64,000 nt of DNA from an uncultured Methanomassiliicoccales archaeon (GTDB lineage Archaea; Thermoplasmatota; Thermoplasmata; Methanomassiliicoccales; UBA472): contig CAVQBH010000011.1 of the NCBI GenBank assembly GCA_963710685.1, positions 11,258 to 75,257 on the forward strand. The letters are read 5' to 3'. Each line of letters begins with the position of its first letter. Within the stretch, counting starts at the first letter, position 1. The notes beneath the pieces are model-generated. The model saw only the letters and a list, made by a program, of their open reading frames with translations. It did no database searches and had not been told where the DNA came from. The translations under genes and the position numbers were made by a program. This document shows, piece by piece, positions 20,473 through 29,609 of this stretch.

Positions 20473-21124
20473 CTAGCCAGAGTCATCCATATCCTCCACC
20501 GGTCGGGAGAATTCGGCCATCGCTTTCGCCTTGACAAGGCCGAGGTAAATGCTGGCCATCGAGCCATACCGGGACTCATGGCGCAGGTTATGGGTGTTCT
20601 GCGAACTCGATCGACCGGCGTTTGCTTTCCTCCGCGCCCTCCACCCCGGTGTCGATGAATTGGCATCTGGAGTAGTTCTCGAAGACCATCTTCAGGATGA
20701 AATCCACCCCGTAGTCCTCGTTATCATAGCCGTCCAGGTTCAGGACCTTGGAGAGATATTCCTCATGCCTGTCGGCGATGGCCGGTATGGCGAACCACGT
20801 CCCCGCGCATCTCATCAATTCCTTGGCGTATTCCTCCTGGGGCAGGAGTATGTCCACGCAATCATCCCCCTCCAAGGAGACCGACGGCAGGGCAAGACCT
20901 TTCTCGATGTTCTTGAGGCCCCGACAGGTGCCATAACCGAGGAGCACCGCATCGACCTTTCCTTCCAATCCCTTTACCTTTTCCTCGATGGTGGACCTCA
21001 ATATCTGCGGGTCTGCGTGAAGGGCGAAGTCCAGATACTCCAGGTGGACGACGTCGGGATCGTCCCTGGTGATCAGGTCGAATTCCTTCCGAAGCATGTC
21101 GCAGGCGATCACGCCGATCCTCAT
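20473..21124 (-). pseudogene. DUF1638-like protein, probable frame break near the C-terminus
   Basis: ORF 20588..21124 (MRIGVIACDMLRKEF...AVLLGYGTCRGL...) matches the DUF1638 layout but stops early at ...EFAEHP. Deleting one G of GGG 20592-20594 continues as HNLRHESRYGSMASIYLGLVKAKAMAEFSRPVEDMDDSG up to TAG 20473. Arithmetic: 652 nt - 1 = 651 = 217 codons. Confidence 0.55.
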
Positions 21125-21699
21125 TCTAACCGTTCCCTGTTTTCCGAAACATGGTCATGATCAGCTCATTTGAGGCGTTCCGAAAGGACGATGGTTTTTC
21201 TCCCTCATCCTTTGACCCATGTTGCCAGCCGATGTGATCGGCCGCCATCGGTCACGGAAACCCATGAACGGAAAAATAATGAACCGCAGGAATATAACAT
21301 GTTTTCGCTAATGGTAATGAACTGTGAATGGTACAGGTGCAAGTGCGATTTAATTTCATCAATAAGTTTCAATTTGCTCAATAAATAATTGTTAAGATTA
21401 CGATCACGCAATTTCCGACGAAATTCAGGAGATCGAGAGGATTGAGCTTGCCGAACTTACGAATCCGATCAGGGAGATCCATGTTGCTCGAGAGGCCACA
21501 CATCAGGTACCATCGCCGGAGGCATTTTTCCGTCATGCCTTGACCGCCGTACTCCCGGCTCTGCGGACAATCACCCCCATCGGGACTTTTTCACCAGGAA
21601 ATGATTTCACGGGCAGGATGAGATTTCCGGTGGATAAGCACCGCTCTACATGGCAAACGCTTATCATGGCCTCGATGGATTATCACCCCAGGTGCATTA

Positions 21700-22287
21700 A
21701 TGGTCAGAATGGAGGACATCATGGGGAAGGAGGTCATCTCCACCGATGCTATAGTCGTGGGAACGGTCGAAGGGGTCAGTATCGATCCGGACCACTGGCG
21801 TATCCCGGCGGTGCGACTCACCGTGACGAAGGGTCTAGAGATGGCCCTCGATAAGAAGAAGAAAACGCTCGGATCATCGAAGGCGTTCATCAACACCGGT
21901 GCGGTCAACGGTTTCACCGACACCATAACCCTCTCGGTCTCGATGACGGACATCAAGGGCGCGTTGGTGGCGGACGCACTGTGGCCGCTCAATTTCGGTA
22001 ATCTGACCGGAATGCGGGTCATCTGCAAGAAGGGTCGGCAGATCGGCTACGTGGACAACATCGTCTTCGATCCCAAGGACGACTGGAAGATCAACTACAT
22101 CGACGTCAGGCTGGACAAGGCGACCAGGGACGACCTGAACATCAAGAAGAGGATGATGTCCAACTCGTCCGGGATCGTGGTCAAGACCAGCGATATCCGG
22201 ACCATCGGGGACATGGTCATGCTGAACATCGACATCGACGAGCTGAAGATGTGGCTGGCGAACCGGCCCGCCTCGTTGAACAGATGA
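21700..22287 (+). CDS. PRC-barrel domain protein (two PRC barrels)
   Basis: Two copies of the PRC-barrel N-terminal pattern are present: MEDIMGKEVISTDAIVVGTVEGVSIDPDHWRI and LTGMRVICKKGRQIGYVDNIVFDPKDDWKI. The alternative start at ATG 21709 may be the true one. Confidence 0.75.
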   Translation: MVRMEDIMGKEVISTDAIVVGTVEGVSIDPDHWRIPAVRLTVTKGLEMALDKKKKTLGSSKAFINTGAVNGFTDTITLSVSMTDIKGALVADALWPLNFGNLTGMRVICKKGRQIGYVDNIVFDPKDDWKINYIDVRLDKATRDDLNIKKRMMSNSSGIVVKTSDIRTIGDMVMLNIDIDELKMWLANRPASLNR

Positions 22288-23230
22288 TCGGGGTGGAACA
22301 CCTCTGATCGAGACGGTCGAGCTCACCCGCAAATTCGAACGGACGGTCGCGGTCGAGGACCTGACCATCACCATCGAGGACGGAGAGGTCTTCGGTTTCC
22401 TCGGCCCGAACGGCGCAGGCAAGACCACCACCATCCGGATGCTGTGCTGCCTCATCGAGCCCACCTCCGGCCAGGCGTTCGTGGACGGCCTGAACGTCAA
22501 TGACAAAGAGTCTCGGATCAAGATCCGGCAGAACATCGGGCTGCTCCCGGAGAATCCGGGGCTCTACGAGTCGCTCTCCGCCTACCAGAACCTGGACTTC
22601 TTCGCCAGGATGTACGGCGTGCCGGCGGACAAACGTTCCCCGCGCATCACCGAGCTCCTCCAGGCCCTGGACATCCTGGACCGGAAGAACGATGCGGTGG
22701 GATCGTTCTCCAAGGGGATGAAGCAGAAGATCGCCATCGCCCGGGCGCTGGTGCATGACCCGAAATACCTGTTCCTGGACGAACCGACCTCGGGTCTCGA
22801 TCCGGTCTCCTCCATCACCGTCCGCAACTACCTCATGGACCTGAAGCGGGAGGGCCGCACCATCTTCATCAACACCCACCATCTGGACGAGGCCCAGCGG
22901 CTGTGCGATAAGATCGGCATCCTCAAGACCCGCCTGCTCTCCACCGGCTCGCCGGAAAAGCTGGCCAACGAGTTCTTCGGCAAGGTAACCATGGTCGAGC
23001 TGGACGTCGTGACGCCGGAGATCCTCCGGGTGGTCCAGGGTTCCAAGGGGGTCAAGGCGTTCCGCCAGGACGGCAACCGGCTGTTCCTCACCATCGATGA
23101 CCCGGTCACCGACAACCCGGCCATCGTCGCCGACCTGGTCCGTTCCGGGGCGCGCATCATCCACGTGGAAGAAGTGAAGAAGGGGCTGGAGGACGTCTAC
23201 CTGCGCATCCTGGGGGGCGAGGGCAAGTGA
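22284..23230 (+). pseudogene. ABC transporter ATP-binding protein; the start codon is out of frame with the body (one base apparently missing)
   Basis: The frame holding Walker A (GPNGAGKTTTIRML), the signature (FSKGMKQKIAIARAL) and Walker B (YLFLDEPTSGLD) is open from 22280 but has no ATG/GTG/TTG before 22439. ATG 22284 overlaps the PRC stop as ATGA but reads MIGVEHL* in another frame. Adding one C at CC 22301-22302 gives MIGVEHPLIETVELTRKF... Arithmetic: 947 nt + 1 = 948 = 316 codons. Confidence 0.8.
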
Positions 23231-24255
23231 TGCGCTTCGAGAAGATCTGGGCCATCGCCAGGAAGGAGTTCTCCGAGTTCCGCCGCAACCGGTACGTGCT
23301 TATGACCCTGGTGCTCATGCCCCTGATCATGACCATCGTGCTGCCGGTCGTCTACCTGGTGCCGGTGACGGCGCTGTCCACCCAGAACAACCGTCCGGTG
23401 CAGCTCTCATTGGACATACAGAACTCCTACGACGGGGCGAACCTCACCAGCGGGTACTTCAACAACACATCGTTCACCGACTGTCGGCTCACCAACGTCA
23501 TCCTGGAAGGGTGCCAGGTCCGGGGCGGTTACCTCAACTCCTCCCTCGTCCGGTCGTCCCAGGTCAACGATTCCTGGATGGATTCCACGATCCTCTATCG
23601 CTCCAACCTGAACAACGACACCCGCATCGATGCGGTCCTGGTGTCCAGCGTGGTCATCGGCGGCCAATCCGAGCTGGTCGGTACGCTGCAGCTGCTGATC
23701 AACCTGCTCATGCTGATGTTCATGGTGCTGCCTGCGGTCCTGCCGACCATCATCGCCTCCTACACCCTGGTGGGGGAGAAGGTGAACAAGAGCCTGGAAC
23801 CGCTGCTGGCCACCCCCACCACCGACCTGGAGCTGCTGGGAGGGAAGACCCTCAGCATATTCCTGCCCACGATGCTGGCCTCCTGGCTCTCGTTCGTCCC
23901 GTTCGTGGTACTGGTCGATCTCATCACCCAGCCCGCCTTCGGCTACTTCGTCCTGCCGAACGCGATGTGGATCCTGGCCATCTTCGTCATGGCCCCGCTG
24001 ATCGCGATGCTGAGCATCCTGTCCAACGTCATCGTCTCGTCGCGGGTCTCGGACGTCCGGAGCGCCCAGCAGATCGGCTCGCTGGTCGTCCTGCCGATCA
24101 TCCTCTTCTTCATCCTGATCCTGACCCAGTCGTCCTCCACCAGCGTCAATCTGATGGGGCTGTTCTCCGTGCTGCTCCTGGGGATCGACGTCCTGGTCCT
24201 TTTCCTGGCGCTGAAGGTATTCCGCCGCGAGGAAATATTGATACGGTGGAAATGA
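23230..24255 (+). CDS. ABC-2 type permease with pentapeptide-repeat extracytoplasmic loop
   Basis: ATG 23230 overlaps the ATPase stop as ATGA. It has the N-terminal RKEFSEFRRNRYVLMTLVLMPLIM typical of ABC-2/NatB-like permeases and five or more C-terminal TM helices. The loop between TM1 and TM2 consists of about 14 consecutive pentapeptide repeats. Confidence 0.8.
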   Translation: MRFEKIWAIARKEFSEFRRNRYVLMTLVLMPLIMTIVLPVVYLVPVTALSTQNNRPVQLSLDIQNSYDGANLTSGYFNNTSFTDCRLTNVILEGCQVRGGYLNSSLVRSSQVNDSWMDSTILYRSNLNNDTRIDAVLVSSVVIGGQSELVGTLQLLINLLMLMFMVLPAVLPTIIASYTLVGEKVNKSLEPLLATPTTDLELLGGKTLSIFLPTMLASWLSFVPFVVLVDLITQPAFGYFVLPNAMWILAIFVMAPLIAMLSILSNVIVSSRVSDVRSAQQIGSLVVLPIILFFILILTQSSSTSVNLMGLFSVLLLGIDVLVLFLALKVFRREEILIRWK

Positions 24256-24665
24256 CAAACGTTCCAGGGAGACCCAAGATGAACATGGAATCGGCGGAAT
24301 GGATGGCAAGGGCGGAGAGGGAGTACGACGCCGCCCTGGACATGTACAAGATGACCTATCACCGGTTCGCATTGATGCATGCCCAGCTGAGCCTGGTGTA
24401 CTCGCTGCGCGCGGTGGCCGTGGACAAGGGCTTCAGCCCGCACGAGACCATCGACCTGCCCGGTCTAACCCTGCTCGTCGCCACGCCCCCGGAGATCTCC
24501 AGCGTCGTCGAGGAGGTCAGGGGCGAGTGCGCACTGATCCACAAGGGCGAGTACTGGCAGGATCCTGACGGCGGGCGGGTGGGCAGATTGCTCGATTCCG
24601 CCGGGGAGGTCCTGGAATGGGCGGAGAACGCCCTCGACGACAGCTGCTGGTCGGAAAAGATATGA
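24252..24665 (+). CDS. HEPN-like helical protein
   Basis: ATG 24252 overlaps the permease stop as ATGA. The stretch SAEWMARAEREYDAALDMYKMTYHRFALMHAQLSLVYSLRAVAVDKGFSPHETIDLPGL follows the HEPN (PF05168-type) helix pattern (W..AE.....A....y..a...aqqa....lkA......H.l..L). The part of ORF 23511..24665 upstream of 24252 is shadow. Confidence 0.45.
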   Translation: MTNVPGRPKMNMESAEWMARAEREYDAALDMYKMTYHRFALMHAQLSLVYSLRAVAVDKGFSPHETIDLPGLTLLVATPPEISSVVEEVRGECALIHKGEYWQDPDGGRVGRLLDSAGEVLEWAENALDDSCWSEKI

Positions 24666-24986
24666 GAAAGGCTGGTGGGAAAGAGGCCGTGGAAAGATCG
24701 CTCTTCCTTCCAGCGGGAACCCCCGGAGGGAAGAAAATCGGAATGTACCCCGGCGCTTCTGCGTCATCCGTGACAATTCACTCTTCTTCAGGATCATGCG
24801 GAATCATTCGATCGCTGGTCCTGATAATGCGATTTTGTCGTTATCAGAACAGGTAGGGTGCATGGATTCAGCCCAGTTCTCCTTTATGATTATCTCGCTT
24901 GATAATCTGGGGCAAAATCACTTTAAGAACGGTGGGAATCTCAACGTCATAATGCAGAAGCCATCGAAACCCCCGGGAGGTGTGCC

Positions 24987-26321
24987 ATGCTATCCAAGGG
25001 ATTTATGATTCCTCTTTCCTTTGCCAGCCTCCCGGTCATTTCGATCACCTTCTTCGACAAGAAGAAAAGGTCCAGGAAGCGGAAGGAAGAGGACGAGATA
25101 GATGTACCTCCGGACGGCCTTTCGATCGAGGACCTGGAGAGCCTGGACCTGGACCAGCTTCAGTCCCATAGCGAGAAAATGTCGGAGAGGGGGATGTCGC
25201 CCGGCGACCCCGGTGTCATCACCATCCTCCCTGGCTGGTCCTTTATTCCCTGCATCACCATCGCCCTGCCCCGGAAGGGCCGGTTCGGCGACTCGCTGTT
25301 CGACACGGCGGAGGACGCCGAGATCATCGAGGGCATCAGGAAAGCGCCGTTACCGGACACGCTCTTCCAACCGGTCCGGGAACACGACCGTGCCCCCAAG
25401 GACCGGGACGTGGCCGAGTTCGATCCGCAGACCGACGCGATCATCCGTCCGGACGCCGATACCGAGAGCATCGTCACCCCCAAGGTGGCGCCCCTGCCGG
25501 CCAAGCCGGCCAAGAGGCCGGGGCCTGTCATGTCCGTCGGCAGCCCAGGACTGGACGACCTGGACCTGGAGGAGAAGGTCCCGGACGCTCTCGGTCCCGG
25601 CCTGGAAATGCCAGAGGACCATCTCATCAAACCGGAGAAGGCCGGACCGGACCGTACCACCATCGTCCCCGTCGGCATGGACCGGGACGACCTCGACATC
25701 ATGCTCGGCGGAGGGCTGCCCCGGGGCTCCATCGTCCTCATCGAGGGAAAGAAGGGTTCCGGCGTGGAACAATTCGTCCAGCGCCTCACGTTCGGGTTCC
25801 TGCAGAACGGGGTCGGGGTCACTTACATCTCCACCGAGAACGGCACCAGCGATTTCATCGAGCAGATGTACGGTTCCGGGTTCTTGATGGCGAACCACCT
25901 GCTGGGCAAGAAGATACTGTACATCCCCATCGATTCGCTGATACGCAAGGAACGGGCCACGGCCGGTTATATCGACCGTCTGATCCGCTCGCCCCAGCTG
26001 CTCAACGAGGTCATGATAATCGACCGGCTTTCGACCATGACGGCGAACGACCAGGACGAGAACGGGCATCTCAAGCTGCTGTCCTATCTCAAGGGCGCGG
26101 TCACCAAGAACCGGACCGTGATACTGGTCACCGACGAGAAGCAGAACGGCATCGAGACCATCAGGGAAGAGGCCAGGGCCCGTATGAGCCTGAGCGTGAT
26201 CGAGGACGGCCCGGAGACCACCCACTCGGTCCATGTCCTGAAGTATCCGGAGTCGGTCCACGAGGCCCAGCAGGAGATACGTTTCAAGATAGAACCGGGG
26301 CTCGGAATGGTCGTCCAGTAG
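24987..26321 (+). CDS. membrane-anchored RecA/KaiC-superfamily protein, FlaH/ArlH-like, with degenerate Walker A
   Basis: The N-terminus has hydrophobic segments (GFMIPLSFASLPVISITFF, VITILPGWSFIPCITIAL). A roughly 140-aa acidic, Pro-rich linker follows. The C-terminal domain reads DLDIMLGGGLPRGSIVLIEGKKGSGVEQFVQRLTFGFLQNGVGVTYISTENGTSDFIEQM, where the P-loop is GKKGSGVE instead of GxxGxGK[ST]. Confidence 0.65.
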   Translation: MLSKGFMIPLSFASLPVISITFFDKKKRSRKRKEEDEIDVPPDGLSIEDLESLDLDQLQSHSEKMSERGMSPGDPGVITILPGWSFIPCITIALPRKGRFGDSLFDTAEDAEIIEGIRKAPLPDTLFQPVREHDRAPKDRDVAEFDPQTDAIIRPDADTESIVTPKVAPLPAKPAKRPGPVMSVGSPGLDDLDLEEKVPDALGPGLEMPEDHLIKPEKAGPDRTTIVPVGMDRDDLDIMLGGGLPRGSIVLIEGKKGSGVEQFVQRLTFGFLQNGVGVTYISTENGTSDFIEQMYGSGFLMANHLLGKKILYIPIDSLIRKERATAGYIDRLIRSPQLLNEVMIIDRLSTMTANDQDENGHLKLLSYLKGAVTKNRTVILVTDEKQNGIETIREEARARMSLSVIEDGPETTHSVHVLKYPESVHEAQQEIRFKIEPGLGMVVQ

Positions 26322-26416
26322 TCCGCCGCAGCGGTTCCGGTTTTTGATAACTGGCTGATAACGTCTTTATAAACCGGCGCCACTCAAAAGTTGAACATTC
26401 TTGAGGGCTGAGATCG

Positions 26417-29400
26417 ATGCGTGAGACCCGTTCGCGATATGGTTCAGTATGCGTACTGGTGGCTTTCCTGCTCCTAGTGCCGCTGTTCTCGATGAACGTG
26501 GCCGCTGATTCGTTACCCGGTGCCCCCATCAACCCGATCGCGACCGGGGGTATCGCCCGGATCACGATCAGCTGGACGGCCCCGGCGAACACCGGGCCAG
26601 CAATCACCGGCTACACCATCTACAAGTGGACCAATTCAACGGACTTGGGCGCTTTCGAGGACCTCCCATCCACTCCCTGTACGTTCGTGGATTTGACGGT
26701 GCAGAACGGTCACACATACAACTACTACGTGACCGCCAAGAACAATGTGGGTGAGGGCAGTCCTTCAACAAATGTCTCTGCGGCGCCTCTTAGCTCCCCG
26801 TTCGCCCCGACCGGACTTGTATTGACCCCAGGCGTGGGCGGGATGTCCCTGAGCTGGAACCCTCCCTACAACGACGGCGGTTCTACGATCATCTGTTACC
26901 GTGTCTACCGCGGAACATCATCATCCACGCTCCTCTATCTGAAGAACACCACCCAGACCTCCATCATCGACGGCGGCCTGAGCAATGGCCAGACCTATTA
27001 CTACCAGATCACGGCGGTCAATATCGTGGGAGAAGGGGCCAAGAGCGATACGGTGCATAGAACGCTATCCTCCCCACCAGGCCCGCTCCTGGACTTTCAG
27101 GCGGTCGCCTCCGCATCCCGGGTCAATCTGACCTGGACCGCCCCGTCCGACAACGGCGGTTCGGCCATAACCGGTTACCTGATCTATCGTTCGCTGATCT
27201 CCGGACAGGAGACGTTCCTGCAGCAGGTCACCTCCAGCACCTCCTACCAGGATTCCAACCTGGCGAACGGGGTCACTTACTACTACCAGGTCTCGGCCGT
27301 CAACTCCGCCGGGGAAGGGCAGAGGTCCAATGAGCTGGCGCGCGTCCCGACCGCCGTTCTTGGACCTCCCACGTCGGTCACCGCGACGCCAGCCAATTCC
27401 TCCGTTTATCTGACCTGGGCCGCCCCGGCGAACACCGGAGGTTCTCCCGCCTCATCGTACAAGATCTACCGCGGCACGTCCGCCACCAGCTTCCTGTTCC
27501 TGGCCTCCGTCAACCAGACCAGCTACCGGGACATGAACCTCACCAACGGACACGGATATTTCTACAGGGTCAGTTCGGTGAACGCCGTCGGCGAAGGTCT
27601 CCCGGGCGCGCCGATCCCCTCCACGCCGGTCAACACCGCCTCGGTCCCGTTCCAGTTGAACTCGGTCAGCGGGATCAGGAGCGTGGCATTGAGCTGGTCG
27701 ACACCGGCCGACATCGGCGGGGCCAGCATCTCCACCTACCGCATCTACCGCAGCCTCTCCGGGACCGGAACTTTCGATCTGATCGCTTCGGTTTCGGGCA
27801 CCACGTACACCGACAAGCAGCTGAACAACGGGACCCTTTACTTCTACCACGTTACCGCCGTCAACTCCGCCGGAGAAGGCCCGGCGGCGGCCACCAGCTC
27901 CACCACCTTCCCGCTCCCGGACCCACCGGTCCTCAACGCCAGCATGAGCGGGATGAACGTGCATCTGGCCTGGTCCGCCTGTCCCAGCGCCATATCCTAC
28001 CGCATCTACCGCGGGGACGTCTCCGGGGGGCAGACGTATCTGAGGTCGGTCCTCACCAACAGCTACCTGGACGGGCCGTTCGTGTCCGGCCGGACGGTCT
28101 TCTACCTGGTGACCGTGGTCAATGCCACCGGGGAAAGCCTGCCGTCGAACGAGGCCAGCGTCAAGATCGTGTCCCTGCCCTCGGCCCCGCTCAATCTCAC
28201 CGCCTCCATCGCCTGGTCCGAGGCGGTCCTGAGATGGGAAGCACCGCTGAACTTCGGGTCCGCCTCGACCATCACCTACCAGGTGCTGCGCGGTCTGTCC
28301 CCGGGCTCGGAGCAGGTCATCGGGACCTGCGATACATCAGCGTACAATGATTCCACCATCGACCCGGCCCAGCAATACTACTACCAGGTGAAGGCCGTCA
28401 ATCAGGCCGGCGCCGGTGCCGCCTCCAACGAGGTGGGCGTGTACTACCGGAACGTCTTCACCGCATCCGTGCTGACGGTCATTCCAGGCCTCGAACGGAT
28501 AACCCTCCAATGGACCGTTCCCACCGATACGGACGGGAACCCGCTCACCGGCTACCAGGTGTACCGGAGGGGCACCGGCGCTCCGGAGGCGTTCCTGATC
28601 GGGGAGAACATCACCGCGCTGACCGACACCGGTGTGGTGGCCGGGCAGGTCTACTACTATGAGGTCAAGGGAGTGACCGAGGCCGAGCTGGGCCCGGCGT
28701 CCAACGAGGTGAACGCGACGCCGTTCTCGTTCCCGGGGACCCCGGTCTCGTTCTCCGCGGCAGCTTCAGCGGACTCGGCCATCCTGAACTGGTCCGCCCC
28801 GGTCACGGACGGAAATTCGTCCGTGATCGGCTATCACGTCTTCCGCGGAGGGGCGGCGGGCAACCTGAGCCAGGTGGCGACCGTTTCCGGCCTCAACTAC
28901 ACGGACACCGGCCTGGTGGCGGGCACCACCTACTATTACGAGGTCACCGCCTTCAACGCCGCCGGCGACGGTCACGCCTCCTCCGAGACGTCCATCACGG
29001 CGCCGGTGCTCAACGATCCGCCGGTGGGACTGACCGCCACCGTCTCCGGGGGCAAGATCACGCTGGAATGGAACCCGCCCGCCGGGACGAACGTGTTCAC
29101 GTACAGCATATACCGCGGCAACGGTTCGGGGGTGGAGGTCTTCCTGACCAACTTTCCGGGCACCAGCTGGGTGGACAGCAATGTGAGCGACGGCCAAACA
29201 TACTACTACCGGGTCTCCGCCACCACCATGCATGGGGAGAGCCAGATGTCCGAGGAAGCGGTGGTGACGACGGTGGGAGCACAGAACCAGATACAGGCCG
29301 GCATTCCGGACCAGCTATGGTTCCGCATGGTCATCATAATGACGATCCTGGTGGTGGGCTTCTTCTCCTTCGTCGTATTCGTCAGGAACGGGACGCTCCG

Positions 29401-29419
29401 GGTGAATATGGGCAGGTGA
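26417..29419 (+). CDS. cell-surface protein, signal peptide + 10 fibronectin type III repeats + C-terminal TM anchor
   Basis: Signal-like start (VCVLVAFLLLVPLFSMNVAA). Ten units of the form W..P...GGS.I.GY.IYR......L..V...SY.D..L.NG.TYYY.V.AVN..GEG..SNE. C-terminal helix (MVIIMTILVVGFFSFVVFV) followed by a basic tail. Confidence 0.85.
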   Translation: MRETRSRYGSVCVLVAFLLLVPLFSMNVAADSLPGAPINPIATGGIARITISWTAPANTGPAITGYTIYKWTNSTDLGAFEDLPSTPCTFVDLTVQNGHTYNYYVTAKNNVGEGSPSTNVSAAPLSSPFAPTGLVLTPGVGGMSLSWNPPYNDGGSTIICYRVYRGTSSSTLLYLKNTTQTSIIDGGLSNGQTYYYQITAVNIVGEGAKSDTVHRTLSSPPGPLLDFQAVASASRVNLTWTAPSDNGGSAITGYLIYRSLISGQETFLQQVTSSTSYQDSNLANGVTYYYQVSAVNSAGEGQRSNELARVPTAVLGPPTSVTATPANSSVYLTWAAPANTGGSPASSYKIYRGTSATSFLFLASVNQTSYRDMNLTNGHGYFYRVSSVNAVGEGLPGAPIPSTPVNTASVPFQLNSVSGIRSVALSWSTPADIGGASISTYRIYRSLSGTGTFDLIASVSGTTYTDKQLNNGTLYFYHVTAVNSAGEGPAAATSSTTFPLPDPPVLNASMSGMNVHLAWSACPSAISYRIYRGDVSGGQTYLRSVLTNSYLDGPFVSGRTVFYLVTVVNATGESLPSNEASVKIVSLPSAPLNLTASIAWSEAVLRWEAPLNFGSASTITYQVLRGLSPGSEQVIGTCDTSAYNDSTIDPAQQYYYQVKAVNQAGAGAASNEVGVYYRNVFTASVLTVIPGLERITLQWTVPTDTDGNPLTGYQVYRRGTGAPEAFLIGENITALTDTGVVAGQVYYYEVKGVTEAELGPASNEVNATPFSFPGTPVSFSAAASADSAILNWSAPVTDGNSSVIGYHVFRGGAAGNLSQVATVSGLNYTDTGLVAGTTYYYEVTAFNAAGDGHASSETSITAPVLNDPPVGLTATVSGGKITLEWNPPAGTNVFTYSIYRGNGSGVEVFLTNFPGTSWVDSNVSDGQTYYYRVSATTMHGESQMSEEAVVTTVGAQNQIQAGIPDQLWFRMVIIMTILVVGFFSFVVFVRNGTLRVNMGR

Positions 29420-29609
29420 CGACCATTCCCGTCGGTCGTTACAACAGCGACCGAGCCGGTCGGGATCGGATGGACCATGGTCACCCAGATCCCGTCGTCA
29501 CGACGGCCGTCCTTCTTTTTCTCGACGGTTTCATGACCGGGCGAATCCGGAATCAGGCCTGATACTTACATCAGGCCATTTATAAGGAAAAATAGCCGCT
29601 CAAGCTTCA

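Noticed and set aside
21378-21536. 52-aa minus-strand ORF (MTEKCLRRWYLMCGLSSNMDLPDRIRKFGK...) in the 575-bp spacer between DUF1638 and the PRC-barrel gene
   Set aside because: It is short, has no motif, and half of it lies in an AT-rich tract. There is not enough evidence to call it a gene.
23407-24372. 321-aa minus-strand ORF, and the first ~245 aa of + strand ORF 23511..24665
   Set aside because: Both overlap the ABC-2 permease and are compositionally biased (R/G/P/D/H). Only the last 137 aa of the + strand ORF (from ATG 24252) look like a real protein.
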